Of a stretch of DNA of 64,000 bases, positions 20,901-29,218 are shown in pieces. The translations under genes and the position numbers were made by a program. The stretch is taken from contig OZ245006.1 of the NCBI GenBank assembly GCA_965223545.1, positions 576,001 to 640,000 on the forward strand. Reading direction: 5' to 3'. Numbering within the stretch: position 1 is the first letter of the stretch; the number at the start of each line of letters is the position of its first letter. Below the pieces are notes generated by a model, which saw nothing but the letters and a program-made list of their open reading frames with translations, had not been told where the DNA came from and searched no databases. The stretch is from Planctomycetota bacterium. GTDB lineage: Bacteria; Planctomycetota; UBA1135; UBA2386.

Positions 20901-21517
20901 GACTCGAGCTGACGCAGCCCGCGCCGGCGTATCGTCTCGAGGTGCCGATTCGCATCCATGGTCGCAACGGCGCGACCCTCGACGAATCGGTTCGCTTCGA
21001 CGACCTCACCGCCAACTACAGCCTCGACTGCGCCGGCCTCACAGTCTGGCACGTCGAGATCGATCCCGAGTACACCTTTCTGCACCTGACGCCCGAACTC
21101 CGCGCGGCGGCAGCCCCCATGGGCTACTACCTGCGCGCCTTGTCCGAGCGTGACTTGAGCAAGTCCCTGGCGCTGATCGAGCGCGGGCAGGAGTGCATTC
21201 CACACCCCGATCGGCATGCGGCCGGCATGTTCCTCGAGTACGCACGGGGCACCGTGCACGGCCGCCACGGCCAGTGGACCGAGGCCAAGGAGCACTTGCT
21301 CGCGGCCGTGCAGTGCCCCACTCGCCGCGCCGACTTCCTGCCGTCGGTGTATCTGTCCTTGGCGGAGGCTGCGATCCAGCTTCAGGATCGCTCCCTGTTC
21401 GACTGGTCACGCGCCGCGATCATCGCCGCGGACGCGGCGGCGGGTCGAGTCACCTCTGCGCCGAGTCGAGCCGAGAGGCTGGAGTTTCCCAGCTCGGGAG
21501 CAGGCGCCGGGCGATGA
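17993..21517 (+). CDS. Secreted FG-GAP/VCBS + ASPIC/UnbV (CRTAC1-like) protein fused to an M1-type metallopeptidase domain
   Basis: GTGA overlap with the GntR stop, GGAGG RBS; D(Y/F)DNDG..D repeats, SNASAIGARV...LHFGLG, then AHEIAHQWWG...LDEG. Confidence 0.85.
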   Translation: MSRHHRHFGLLAAVGLLAPFSMAQPAGPAFVLVEDHPLMAARASTGGIAWVDYDGDGDDDAFVANGYDVSAGSAAPQMNQLYENVAGRLLLRDSVLSKDAAFSSASAWADFDNDGLIDVFVPNQRGQNNLLYRNVGNGAFQLLDEALPTRDRGSSFAATWGDVDGDGFVDLVVTNGGLSGAGPDFLYRNNRGVFERGTMGPVVEGSRQPGGPTFVDYDLDGDIDLFVPGARNRMYRNDGRGSFALDDRFLFASEGQLGLSVSGAWADYDNDGDFDLFQVPRNGQPRRMYVNDGDYRFRSVDIGDATRDVSEAFHSLWVDVDNDGFQDLVIANWGAPAHVYRNRAGELLERVVLGELGERDWHASMVASADFDQDGDLDLVVGNWPSRRGDGEANLLYRNDSPVGNWLAIRLRGTRSNASAIGARVEVELRDGTLVREVRSQDGWRSQSSLELHFGLGTRDAVRNVRIHWPAGGVQELGPMRAGQRRTIVESTTASARIVRPAPQAPPEAAPAAPTVPARPAVSQCDLTVDARTEAGSLLVTGTVRLPIVRRTSGAAVRFRLLANASELEVGIIDDSGVRAPRDAEQVGSFGGSGLRAVRVWEVDLVETQLTGDEAVLWFSFAVTGTQSIFHVDRGLAFASGLNLPWYPQAASVTKALGKLTILTPPAFSAAAAGRRTSTAEDEAEGRFVFQIDTPSSPSFAVSKWHASTYTGGSVPVHMFRESPHRDSLSQARRIAEIIELLEREFGPYPYPEFSIVEVPGAVANDAGFGGVSLDGWMIALGPAWHEELAISFFAHEIAHQWWGNRVRPRRGSIPDGLLDEGIAQFAGHVIVNELLDSSAARRHRKFGSKLLGWPVGALGYFAQVAAGEDRSLEQLMPSRATEWLKDNKLAFVWLELQRVLGEEGLRKGLHELFRRHAGGSASYGDVISALEHGAEVNPGELQWFFEQWMRRPGAPELGLSWHQAGEQLRLELTQPAPAYRLEVPIRIHGRNGATLDESVRFDDLTANYSLDCAGLTVWHVEIDPEYTFLHLTPELRAAAAPMGYYLRALSERDLSKSLALIERGQECIPHPDRHAAGMFLEYARGTVHGRHGQWTEAKEHLLAAVQCPTRRADFLPSVYLSLAEAAIQLQDRSLFDWSRAAIIAADAAAGRVTSAPSRAERLEFPSSGAGAGR

Positions 21518-21545
21518 CGTGAAGAGCCCGAACGAGGTGGCGGAC

Positions 21546-21650
21546 CTCAGCGCGGCCGGGGCCGCAACGGAGCATTCTGCGACCCGAGCGTCGGTCGCAG
21601 GTCCGGCGGTCGCCGGCGGCCGCGCTGAGCCCGGAGGCACTGTGTGTGTC
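21546..21650 (+). repeat. ~200-bp palindromic repeat, copy R2 (left half only)
   Basis: ctcagcgcggccggggccgcaac...ggcggccgcgctgagcccggaggc, nearly identical to 38321-38420; lies between convergent genes. Confidence 0.88.
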
Positions 21651-21676
21651 AAGCTGTCGAAGCAGCCGACACCCTG

Positions 21677-24295
21677 TCACGGACGGATCCGCAGCCGTCC
21701 CCCGTTGCTGCTGACCACGCCGCGCGGGTTGACCGCATCGAGGTGGAAGTTCTGCAGATAAACCGTGGCGTCGGCCAACGCCGGCGGCAACGGTAGGACG
21801 TAGCCGGCACCGACTCCCGGCAGCGCGAGGTCGATGCCGGCGAGGAGATCGCAGCCGGTGAAGCCCGCCGCGGTCAACCCGAGCGGCAGAGCAACACCGC
21901 GCCACTGCCGGTTGGAGCTTCCCAACGCCAACGCGGTGGGTGTGCCGGGCGCGACACCTCGCACGCCGATCGAGAACGGTAGGCCGGGCTGCGGCACGCC
22001 ACTCCATGCCAATCGCGCGCGCCCCGCCGAACCGGCGCACGCCGTCCCGTAGCTCGAGAACGAGCTGAAATCCGACACCGGGCCCATGGCGTGGACGTAG
22101 CCGCCACAAGAGATCCCCCGGGCGCGGGCCGCAATCGCCACGCGCCGCGGCCCGGCCGCCGCGGAGGCGACGAAGCCCACCAGCTTGCCGATCTCGTTGG
22201 AACTCCAACCGGGGAACACGTCGAGCTCGCTGCCGTCGCGGGCGATCACGATCGCGCTCGCGTTCCAAGACGATGTACCGATGACGACGTCCTCTTGGCC
22301 ATCTCCGTCGTAATCTCCCGTGGCGATGGCGTCACCCAACGCTCGGACGGGGCGAGCTGGGTTCAAAGGGCCCAGCGGGGCGCCCGTCGCGCCCGAGAAC
22401 CTCAGCACGCTGCCGCCCGCCGCGAGGTTGGGCTCCGGTGCGCCCGCCAGGAGATCGTCGACCCCGTCGCCATCGAGGTCGGCGACGCGGGCGAGGGCAG
22501 CGCCGAGCGCCATCCCGTTGCGCGTCTCGTGGAAGTCGTACAGAAGCGCCCCGGTGCGGCCGGACCGCACCTCGAAGCGACTCGCCGTATTCCACTGACC
22601 CGGAGCGCCAATGGCGAAGTCCGCCGCGCCATCACGATCCAGATCGTCCAGCACCGCGAGCGCAGCCCCGTACTCGTCATCCGCGACGGTGCTCTTCAAC
22701 TCCAACAGCACCGCGCCATCGGTCCCGGACCGAATCTCGACGGTGCGCTCGTGCGGGGGCCATGCAAAGCGCGGAGTACCGACCAAGACGTCCGGAGTCC
22801 CGTCCGCGTTGTAGTCGATGCCGCTCGCCAAACTCAGCGCCCAGCTGTGGTCGGGGTTGCTTTGCCGCCAGAGCACCGCGTGATCGCTGCCGCGCCGCAA
22901 GACCAGCTCGTTGGCCGCCCCATCGATCTGCTTGCAGACGAACTCCGCTCGCCCATCCCCATCAAGGTCATCCAACGGGGCAAACCCGGTGATGCCCTGC
23001 ACGGTCGAAGAGGTCGTCCACTCGTGGATGACGGTGCCGTCGACACCGCTGAGGACTCTCCAGCGATGATCCGTGGAAGCCGCGAGGAACGGTGACTCCA
23101 GCACGACGCTTCCGATGTCGGCGGTGCCATCGCCATCGACGTCGCCGACGATGCCGGCGGCCTCCAGCGCCGGCCCGACCCTCGGGTCTCCCTCGAGCGG
23201 CAGGTGCCACGACTCGCGTTGCGTGGCTCCCGACCAAAACACGTAGCTCAGCCCGAACGCGCCAACCAAGTCGCAGAAGCCATCGTCATCGACATCACCG
23301 ATCATCTGCGGGGTGCTGCCAGGAGCAACGCGCAGCAGGAACCGAGCGTCGCGACCCGAAAACACGACGCCGTAGCTCGCGAAATCCAACGCGCCGTCCG
23401 CATCGACATCACCGCCGCTCGAGATCGGGCCGCCGAAGAACGTCGCGCAAGAGCCACCCGCGACGACGCCGGAATACGTGCCGAGGGTTCGATCGCCAGC
23501 GACGTCGTAGACCTCGACGAAGCCTCCGGAGCCCAGGGCTCCCGAGACCGACAACGCGAGATCGTCCCGACCGTCGCCGTTCACATCGCCGATCGCCGCC
23601 GCGTGCATCGTCGTCGTCGGCGCGCGGTGAATGCTGCGCAGAACGGCGCCGGTGGCCCCGTTGCGCACTTCGACCCAATCGCCGGTCGTGCCACCGCCGT
23701 CCGAGACACGCAGAAAGAAATCGCCCCGCCCATCACCATCGACATCCCCGGCCGGCGCGACGCCGAGCAACACCCCCGCAGTGCTCGGTTGCACCGCCGA
23801 TCGCAACAAGACTCCGGTCCGCCCCGAGTAGATCTCCGTGGTGTCTGGCCGCGTACGCCGCAGGATGGCGACGTCGTCGTGCCCGTCGCCGTCCACATCC
23901 CCGATGCCGGCGAGGTGCTCCGCGCCGCCGGGCCACGTGTGCAGCAACGCACCCGTAGCTCCGGAATGGGCGAACGCGTTGCCGCTCGCAGAGCGGTCGC
24001 TGACGGCGAAATCAGTGCGCCCATCCCGGTCGAGGTCACCGGCGACCGCCATGTCCAAGATTCCGCCCGGAATCGTCACTTTGGCGATCAGACCGCCATC
24101 GCGGCCCGACAACATGCGGACGTCGTTTTCGTAGTGACGCGTGGCGAACAGATCCGGGATCCCGTCCAGGTCGAGGTCGCCCGCTGGCTCGAGGTGGCGC
24201 ACCAACTGCGATTCCGTCGTGCTGAAGAGCACGCGCTGCGCACTCACGCCCGACACCACGACGGCAAGAGAAACGGCGAGCTGCGCGGCTGTCAT
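21677..24295 (-). CDS. Secreted FG-GAP (integrin-alpha-like) repeat protein with shared C-terminal domain
   Basis: Many GD(V/L)DGDG..D and (F/H)SG.TG repeats; GGAGG RBS before MTAAQL. Confidence 0.88.
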   Translation of the reverse strand: MTAAQLAVSLAVVVSGVSAQRVLFSTTESQLVRHLEPAGDLDLDGIPDLFATRHYENDVRMLSGRDGGLIAKVTIPGGILDMAVAGDLDRDGRTDFAVSDRSASGNAFAHSGATGALLHTWPGGAEHLAGIGDVDGDGHDDVAILRRTRPDTTEIYSGRTGVLLRSAVQPSTAGVLLGVAPAGDVDGDGRGDFFLRVSDGGGTTGDWVEVRNGATGAVLRSIHRAPTTTMHAAAIGDVNGDGRDDLALSVSGALGSGGFVEVYDVAGDRTLGTYSGVVAGGSCATFFGGPISSGGDVDADGALDFASYGVVFSGRDARFLLRVAPGSTPQMIGDVDDDGFCDLVGAFGLSYVFWSGATQRESWHLPLEGDPRVGPALEAAGIVGDVDGDGTADIGSVVLESPFLAASTDHRWRVLSGVDGTVIHEWTTSSTVQGITGFAPLDDLDGDGRAEFVCKQIDGAANELVLRRGSDHAVLWRQSNPDHSWALSLASGIDYNADGTPDVLVGTPRFAWPPHERTVEIRSGTDGAVLLELKSTVADDEYGAALAVLDDLDRDGAADFAIGAPGQWNTASRFEVRSGRTGALLYDFHETRNGMALGAALARVADLDGDGVDDLLAGAPEPNLAAGGSVLRFSGATGAPLGPLNPARPVRALGDAIATGDYDGDGQEDVVIGTSSWNASAIVIARDGSELDVFPGWSSNEIGKLVGFVASAAAGPRRVAIAARARGISCGGYVHAMGPVSDFSSFSSYGTACAGSAGRARLAWSGVPQPGLPFSIGVRGVAPGTPTALALGSSNRQWRGVALPLGLTAAGFTGCDLLAGIDLALPGVGAGYVLPLPPALADATVYLQNFHLDAVNPRGVVSSNGGRLRIRP

Positions 24296-24437
24296 CGTCG
24301 ACTCCTCCATGGCGGTCGTGTCATCATAGCGACGCGAGGGAGACCCGCGCACGACTCCCCGCCGATCGCGTTACTCCCCTGCCAACGCGCGGTAGTCCAG
24401 GTGATCGCACGGTCCACATCGCCCAGGAGCCCTCTCG

Positions 24438-26162
24438 ATGTGTATCCCCCAGAGTCCATCGTTGCTCTCGCTCGGCGCTTCCCTCGTCGTGGCCGGCGTC
24501 GCGCTGGCACAGGAGCGCCCAACCGAGGCCCAACGCCGCACGACAGCGGTCCTCGAACGTGCGTTCGCCGCGACGCATGCACCGGTCAGCGCCATCGTCG
24601 CGATGCGCGGACAGCCGGTCGCCACCTGGTCGCAGGGCACGGACGCCACTGGCAGGGAGGTGGCTGGGGACAGCCTGTTCGCCGCGGGCGCGGTCACCGA
24701 GACGATCACCGCAATCGCCCTGCTGCGGCTCTTGCAGGAGGGGAAGATCAGCCTCGATCGCTCGATCGAGCACTACCTTCACGACGTGCCCCGCAGCGCG
24801 CAGCGGATCACCGTGCGCCACCTGCTCCTGCACAGTACGGGACTACCGGCGGCGTTCGACCTGGATTCTCGCGGCGACGACGACCTCGATGCGTTCACGG
24901 CCGCGGCTCTGCGCCTGGCCCCGGGGGTGCGGCCCGGCGGTTTCGTCCAGTATAGCCAACTCGATTTCGCCCTCGCCGCCGCGCTTGCCGAGCGCGTCAT
25001 CGGCGAGCCGCTGGCGCCGCACTGTGAGCGCACGATCTTCAAACCGGCCGGCATCGATGGCATGGGGTTCGCGAGCGGGGACCTCGACCGCCGGCGTTTC
25101 GTGCGGGCGGATGGCCACCAACCGATCCTCGCCGCGGAACAAGGTCGGTCGGCTCGCGGCGCCGTCGATCTGGTCGCGAGCACGAACGGCCTGCTCCAAC
25201 TCTACCGCGCGCTGCGCGAAAGGCTCCTCCTCGACGACCGCAATCACGAGCGCCTGTTGGAGGTGCAGACCGACGACCGCACGTTCGCCGGCTACGCCGA
25301 GCTCGATGCGAACGGTCGTTTCGTCCGTCTCCGCGCCCAGGGGAGCATCGGCGCGTTCCGAGCGTGCTGGTCTTGGGATCCCACCGCCGATCGCTGCGTC
25401 GCTCTGCTCGCCGCCAGCGGCGATGCCGTGGATCTCGTCCACGTCGAGCGCGCGTTGATCCAGGAGTTCGACCGACCCGACGGCGGCGACACCCTCACTG
25501 CCGATGCCGCGCTGACCGCCAAGTTCGAGCCGTACACGGGGCACTACCGCCTCGACACCGACAACGGCTTGGAGATCGTGGTGCGCGGCGACGAGCTGCT
25601 GCTGTGCTCGATTGGCCAAACCGCGAGCGCCCGCCTGGCGCACGGCCAACCCACCTTGCCGGAGTGGCCGACGTTCTACGCCGAAGTCGAGCAGCGCGCG
25701 CCGGTCCTCTTGCGCCCGATGCTGCAGAAAGACACCGAGAGCTTCGCGCGCAGCTTCTACGACCGCGCCGATCCGGCCAGCGCTGCCAACGGAGTCCGGT
25801 TGGTCGAGACCCTGGAACAAGAGCTCGGTGCCGTGGGGCAACATACGCTGGTCGGCACGAGCGGCGCGAACGGGCTGCAGTCGTGGTTTCGCGTCGAGTT
25901 CGGCGAGACGCGCGTGTCGCTGCGGATCACGTGGCACGGCGAACGCTTCGCCAGCATCGTGCGCGATCCGGAGCCGCTCCCGTTCCGCGTACCGCTGACC
26001 GCGGCGGGCAAGCACCGCTTCAAGGCGCGCAGCCTCGACGGCAACGCCGATCTCGAGGTTCGGTTCCAGGGAGTCGGCCGCAACAAGCCGGCGCGCGGCC
26101 TCGTGCTGTACGACGCGTCGAAGTCGGGCCGGCGAGGCCTCCGCGCGCGTCGCAAGCCCTGA
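24438..26162 (+). CDS. Beta-lactamase/serine-hydrolase-fold protein, catalytic motif degenerate
   Basis: ISLDRSIEHYL, ITVRHLLLHSTGL, PG...QYS, IFKPAGI; the SxxK position reads AVTE. Confidence 0.8.
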   Translation: MCIPQSPSLLSLGASLVVAGVALAQERPTEAQRRTTAVLERAFAATHAPVSAIVAMRGQPVATWSQGTDATGREVAGDSLFAAGAVTETITAIALLRLLQEGKISLDRSIEHYLHDVPRSAQRITVRHLLLHSTGLPAAFDLDSRGDDDLDAFTAAALRLAPGVRPGGFVQYSQLDFALAAALAERVIGEPLAPHCERTIFKPAGIDGMGFASGDLDRRRFVRADGHQPILAAEQGRSARGAVDLVASTNGLLQLYRALRERLLLDDRNHERLLEVQTDDRTFAGYAELDANGRFVRLRAQGSIGAFRACWSWDPTADRCVALLAASGDAVDLVHVERALIQEFDRPDGGDTLTADAALTAKFEPYTGHYRLDTDNGLEIVVRGDELLLCSIGQTASARLAHGQPTLPEWPTFYAEVEQRAPVLLRPMLQKDTESFARSFYDRADPASAANGVRLVETLEQELGAVGQHTLVGTSGANGLQSWFRVEFGETRVSLRITWHGERFASIVRDPEPLPFRVPLTAAGKHRFKARSLDGNADLEVRFQGVGRNKPARGLVLYDASKSGRRGLRARRKP

Positions 26163-26186
26163 GGTCGAAGCCCGCGGCAGAGTCGC

Positions 26187-27137
26187 TCACACGACGCTGC
26201 GGAACAAGTTCAACGCGCGTCGCAGGTGCGGCCGGCCCCTCCCCTTGGCGGCGAAGAATCGCTCCAGGGCCGCCTGGGTCTCGAAGTAGTCGCTCAGCTG
26301 CCCGGCCGCGGCCGTCAACACCGCGAACAAGCAGCCCTTGGCCATCAGAGCCACGCCGAGCAAGACGACGGTGACGCTGGCGGCATCCGGCCCGAGCAAG
26401 CTCGCCCACAGCGGTTGGATCGCGGCAAACACGAACAACGGTGCCAGCGCGTAGCGCGGAATGGACATCAGGTGGCTACCCAGGCGAGCGACGAAGAACA
26501 TCGTCGACACCGAGACCATGACGGCCCCCACGACGATCCACTCCGGTCCCACCGGCAGCCAACCGGCCGCCACGGCGACGACCCACAGCGTCACCGGCGC
26601 GTAGATCCAAAGGCAACGCGCTGCGGTCGCGCGGCCAGCACCGACCGTGGGTCGGTCGAGGACCACGAACAACCAGTGCAGGCAGAGTCCACTGAGGAGA
26701 TTGAGCACCTCGGACACCGCCCGGGGCCAACCGCGGTCAGCGTCGAGCTCGAGCCACGGCGCCGCGATCAGCCACGCGTACAACAGCAGCCACGCCAGCC
26801 ACAGCGCCAGAGTGCCACGGCGAAACTGTCGCCATGCTCTTGCCGCATCGCTGTCCGTGATCGACTCGACGAATGGCCGGCGGAGCTGACCGGCGAGGAT
26901 CCCCGCCAGCAGAGCGAGGTGCAGCGCGCACAGCACTCCCGGCCCCCACGTCAGGCCGGCAATGATCACCGCGATCAACGCCGCGCCGAAGCAGAGTGCG
27001 AACCGACGCGGCTCGAGGATGCCGGACGGCCGCGGCGGCGCCGCGCTCTCCTTGGACGCGGCCTCACCGATGCTCTCCAGCAGCGCGTCCCACTCGCGCT
27101 CGGCGGGATCGCTGGGCAGCCACGGCCCGTCATGCAT
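26187..27137 (-). CDS. Polytopic membrane protein, possible anti-sigma/sensor
   Basis: About 8 hydrophobic segments; start overlaps the end of the upstream sigma-like gene. Confidence 0.65.
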   Translation of the reverse strand: MHDGPWLPSDPAEREWDALLESIGEAASKESAAPPRPSGILEPRRFALCFGAALIAVIIAGLTWGPGVLCALHLALLAGILAGQLRRPFVESITDSDAARAWRQFRRGTLALWLAWLLLYAWLIAAPWLELDADRGWPRAVSEVLNLLSGLCLHWLFVVLDRPTVGAGRATAARCLWIYAPVTLWVVAVAAGWLPVGPEWIVVGAVMVSVSTMFFVARLGSHLMSIPRYALAPLFVFAAIQPLWASLLGPDAASVTVVLLGVALMAKGCLFAVLTAAAGQLSDYFETQAALERFFAAKGRGRPHLRRALNLFRSVV

Positions 27138-27747
27138 CGTCGAACAGCCTCCGCCGGATGTGCTCCATCCGCTTGCGCGCCAACGACCGCTGGTTCAACA
27201 CCGTTTGCACCGCCACACCCAAGCGACGCGCCAGCGACTCCGCCGGCGCCGGACGGCCAGTGCCGTCCAACGCGGCTTCGAGATCCGCCTCCAGTACGGC
27301 GCACTGCAGCGGCGTCAGCTGCCGCCGCCGCACCGCGAGCCGCAGCTCCAAGCGCACGCGGTCGACGAGGTCCCGCGCTTCGAGCGGGTCGCGCGGCCGT
27401 GCCGACCGCGGCTCGACCAGCCGGAGACGGTGCGCGCTCTGCGCCGACGCACGGCGCTGCTCGCGGGCCTTGAGCACGACGATTCCCTGGACCCAGGCAT
27501 CGAGTGCGCCCCGCCGTTGGTCGAAATCACCACCCCGATGCAGTGCGGTCTCGATGGCCTCGTGCACCGCGTCGCGCGCCTGAACTCCGGGGACCGGTCC
27601 GGAGCCGCGCACGCGCCGCGCCACGACGAGCCAGCGATCGAAGCGTTCGTAGAGCAGGCCGCGGGCCAATGCGATCTCGCCGCGCTGCCACAGCGCCGCA
27701 AAGCGGGCGCCGCGCGGGTCGACGGGTTCGGGCATCGGGCTGAGCAT
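27130..27747 (-). CDS. Divergent ECF-type sigma factor
   Basis: ARDAVHEA...FDQRRGALDAWVQGI (region 2-like); LARRLGVAVQTVLNQRSLARKRM (region 4 HTH). Confidence 0.6.
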   Translation of the reverse strand: MLSPMPEPVDPRGARFAALWQRGEIALARGLLYERFDRWLVVARRVRGSGPVPGVQARDAVHEAIETALHRGGDFDQRRGALDAWVQGIVVLKAREQRRASAQSAHRLRLVEPRSARPRDPLEARDLVDRVRLELRLAVRRRQLTPLQCAVLEADLEAALDGTGRPAPAESLARRLGVAVQTVLNQRSLARKRMEHIRRRLFDDA

Positions 27748-27835
27748 CGCGGTCCGCCTCTTTCGTCGGCGGCGGGTCCACCCTACCGCGAAAAACGACC
27801 CGGGGAGCGAGGCGACCCGCCCAACAAGAGGCGGC

Positions 27836-29143
27836 ATGGTTCGAGACGCTCCTCGTGGCCGCGGCTTCGCCACCGAGCGCGGGTTCGTGCTGGCGGCGGT
27901 CGGCAGCGCCGTCGGCCTCGGCAATCTCTGGAAGTTTCCCTACATCACCGGCACGCATGGCGGCGGCGCGTTCGTGCTCGTCTACCTGCTGTGCATCGCC
28001 GTCGTCGGTTGGCCGTTGATGCACGCCGAGCTCATGATCGGTCGGCGCGGCGGCGACCGCGGCGGCGGCGGCGTCATCGATGCGCTGGCTCGGGCGGCCC
28101 AGGGTCGGGCGAAGCCGGTGCGCCGCCTCGCGCTGGGCACCGGTGGCCTCGCCGTGGTGGCGAGCGTGATGATGCTGTCCTTCTACGCCGTGGTCGCGGG
28201 GTGGGCGCTGCACTCCCTGTACCGCGCATTGACCAGTGGCGTCGACCCGAGCCGGGCGGCGCAGGAGTTCGCCAGCATGCGCGCGAACGCGGTGGCCGGC
28301 GCGGCGTGGGCCACGGTCTTCCTCGCCATGACGGTGGCGGTGGTCGTGCTGGGAGTGCAGCGGGGCATCGAGCGCGCCAGCCGAGTCCTCATGGGGGGCC
28401 TGTTGCTGCTGCTGGTCGCGCTGCTGATCTACGTCGGCTGCACCGGCGGCCTGGGCCAAAGCCTGCACTTCTTGTTCGCCCCCGACTTCAGCGCCCTCAG
28501 CGGCGAAGCCGTGCTGGCGGCGCTGTCGCACGCGTTCTTCTCCCTGTCGCTCGGCATTGGCGCGATGATCACCTACGGCAGCTACACGAACAGCGACCGG
28601 CACGTCTTGCGCGACGGCGTCGCGATCGTCGTGCTCGACACAGGCGTCGCCCTCCTCGCTGGGACGGTGATCTTCGCGGCCGTGTTCCGCGCCGGGAGTG
28701 CGGCCGACCACGGTCCGGGCCTGCTGTTCGCGACGATGCCCGCCCTGTTCTCGAGCATGCCGGGCGGCGGCGCCGTCGGCGTCGCGTTCTTCTCCCTGGT
28801 CGTGTGTGCCGCATGGTCGTCGGCCATCGCCCTGCTCGAAGTCCCGGTCGCGTTCCTCAGCCGCGGCGGCCGCTCCCGCGTCCAGGCGACCGCGGTCGCC
28901 GCCACGATCTGCTGGGTCGGGGCAGTGGCCTGCGCCGTGGCCCCCCGGGTGTACGCGGCGATGGAGAGCACCGTCGACCACCTGCTGCCCATCGGCGGTC
29001 TGCTCGTCGCCATCCTCGCCGGACACTTGCTGGACCGCAGCACCCTCGCCCCGCCCCACCCGAGGCTGGCGGTTCTCTGGACCGTGTCGGTCCGCTGGAT
29101 CGCGCCCGCCCTGGTCGCCGGCGTCCTCGCGGCGCAGATTTGA
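27836..29143 (+). CDS. Sodium-dependent transporter, NSS/SNF family
   Basis: GSAVGLGNLWKFPY, GGGAF, FFSLSLG.GAMITYGSY, GPGLLF. Confidence 0.93.
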   Translation: MVRDAPRGRGFATERGFVLAAVGSAVGLGNLWKFPYITGTHGGGAFVLVYLLCIAVVGWPLMHAELMIGRRGGDRGGGGVIDALARAAQGRAKPVRRLALGTGGLAVVASVMMLSFYAVVAGWALHSLYRALTSGVDPSRAAQEFASMRANAVAGAAWATVFLAMTVAVVVLGVQRGIERASRVLMGGLLLLLVALLIYVGCTGGLGQSLHFLFAPDFSALSGEAVLAALSHAFFSLSLGIGAMITYGSYTNSDRHVLRDGVAIVVLDTGVALLAGTVIFAAVFRAGSAADHGPGLLFATMPALFSSMPGGGAVGVAFFSLVVCAAWSSAIALLEVPVAFLSRGGRSRVQATAVAATICWVGAVACAVAPRVYAAMESTVDHLLPIGGLLVAILAGHLLDRSTLAPPHPRLAVLWTVSVRWIAPALVAGVLAAQI

Positions 29144-29218
29144 CGCCAACCACCCGCGGCTCGCTCCTTTCTTGGGATGATCTGCATCCTGAGGGGAGCT
29201 CCCGCGGAAGAAGTCGCG

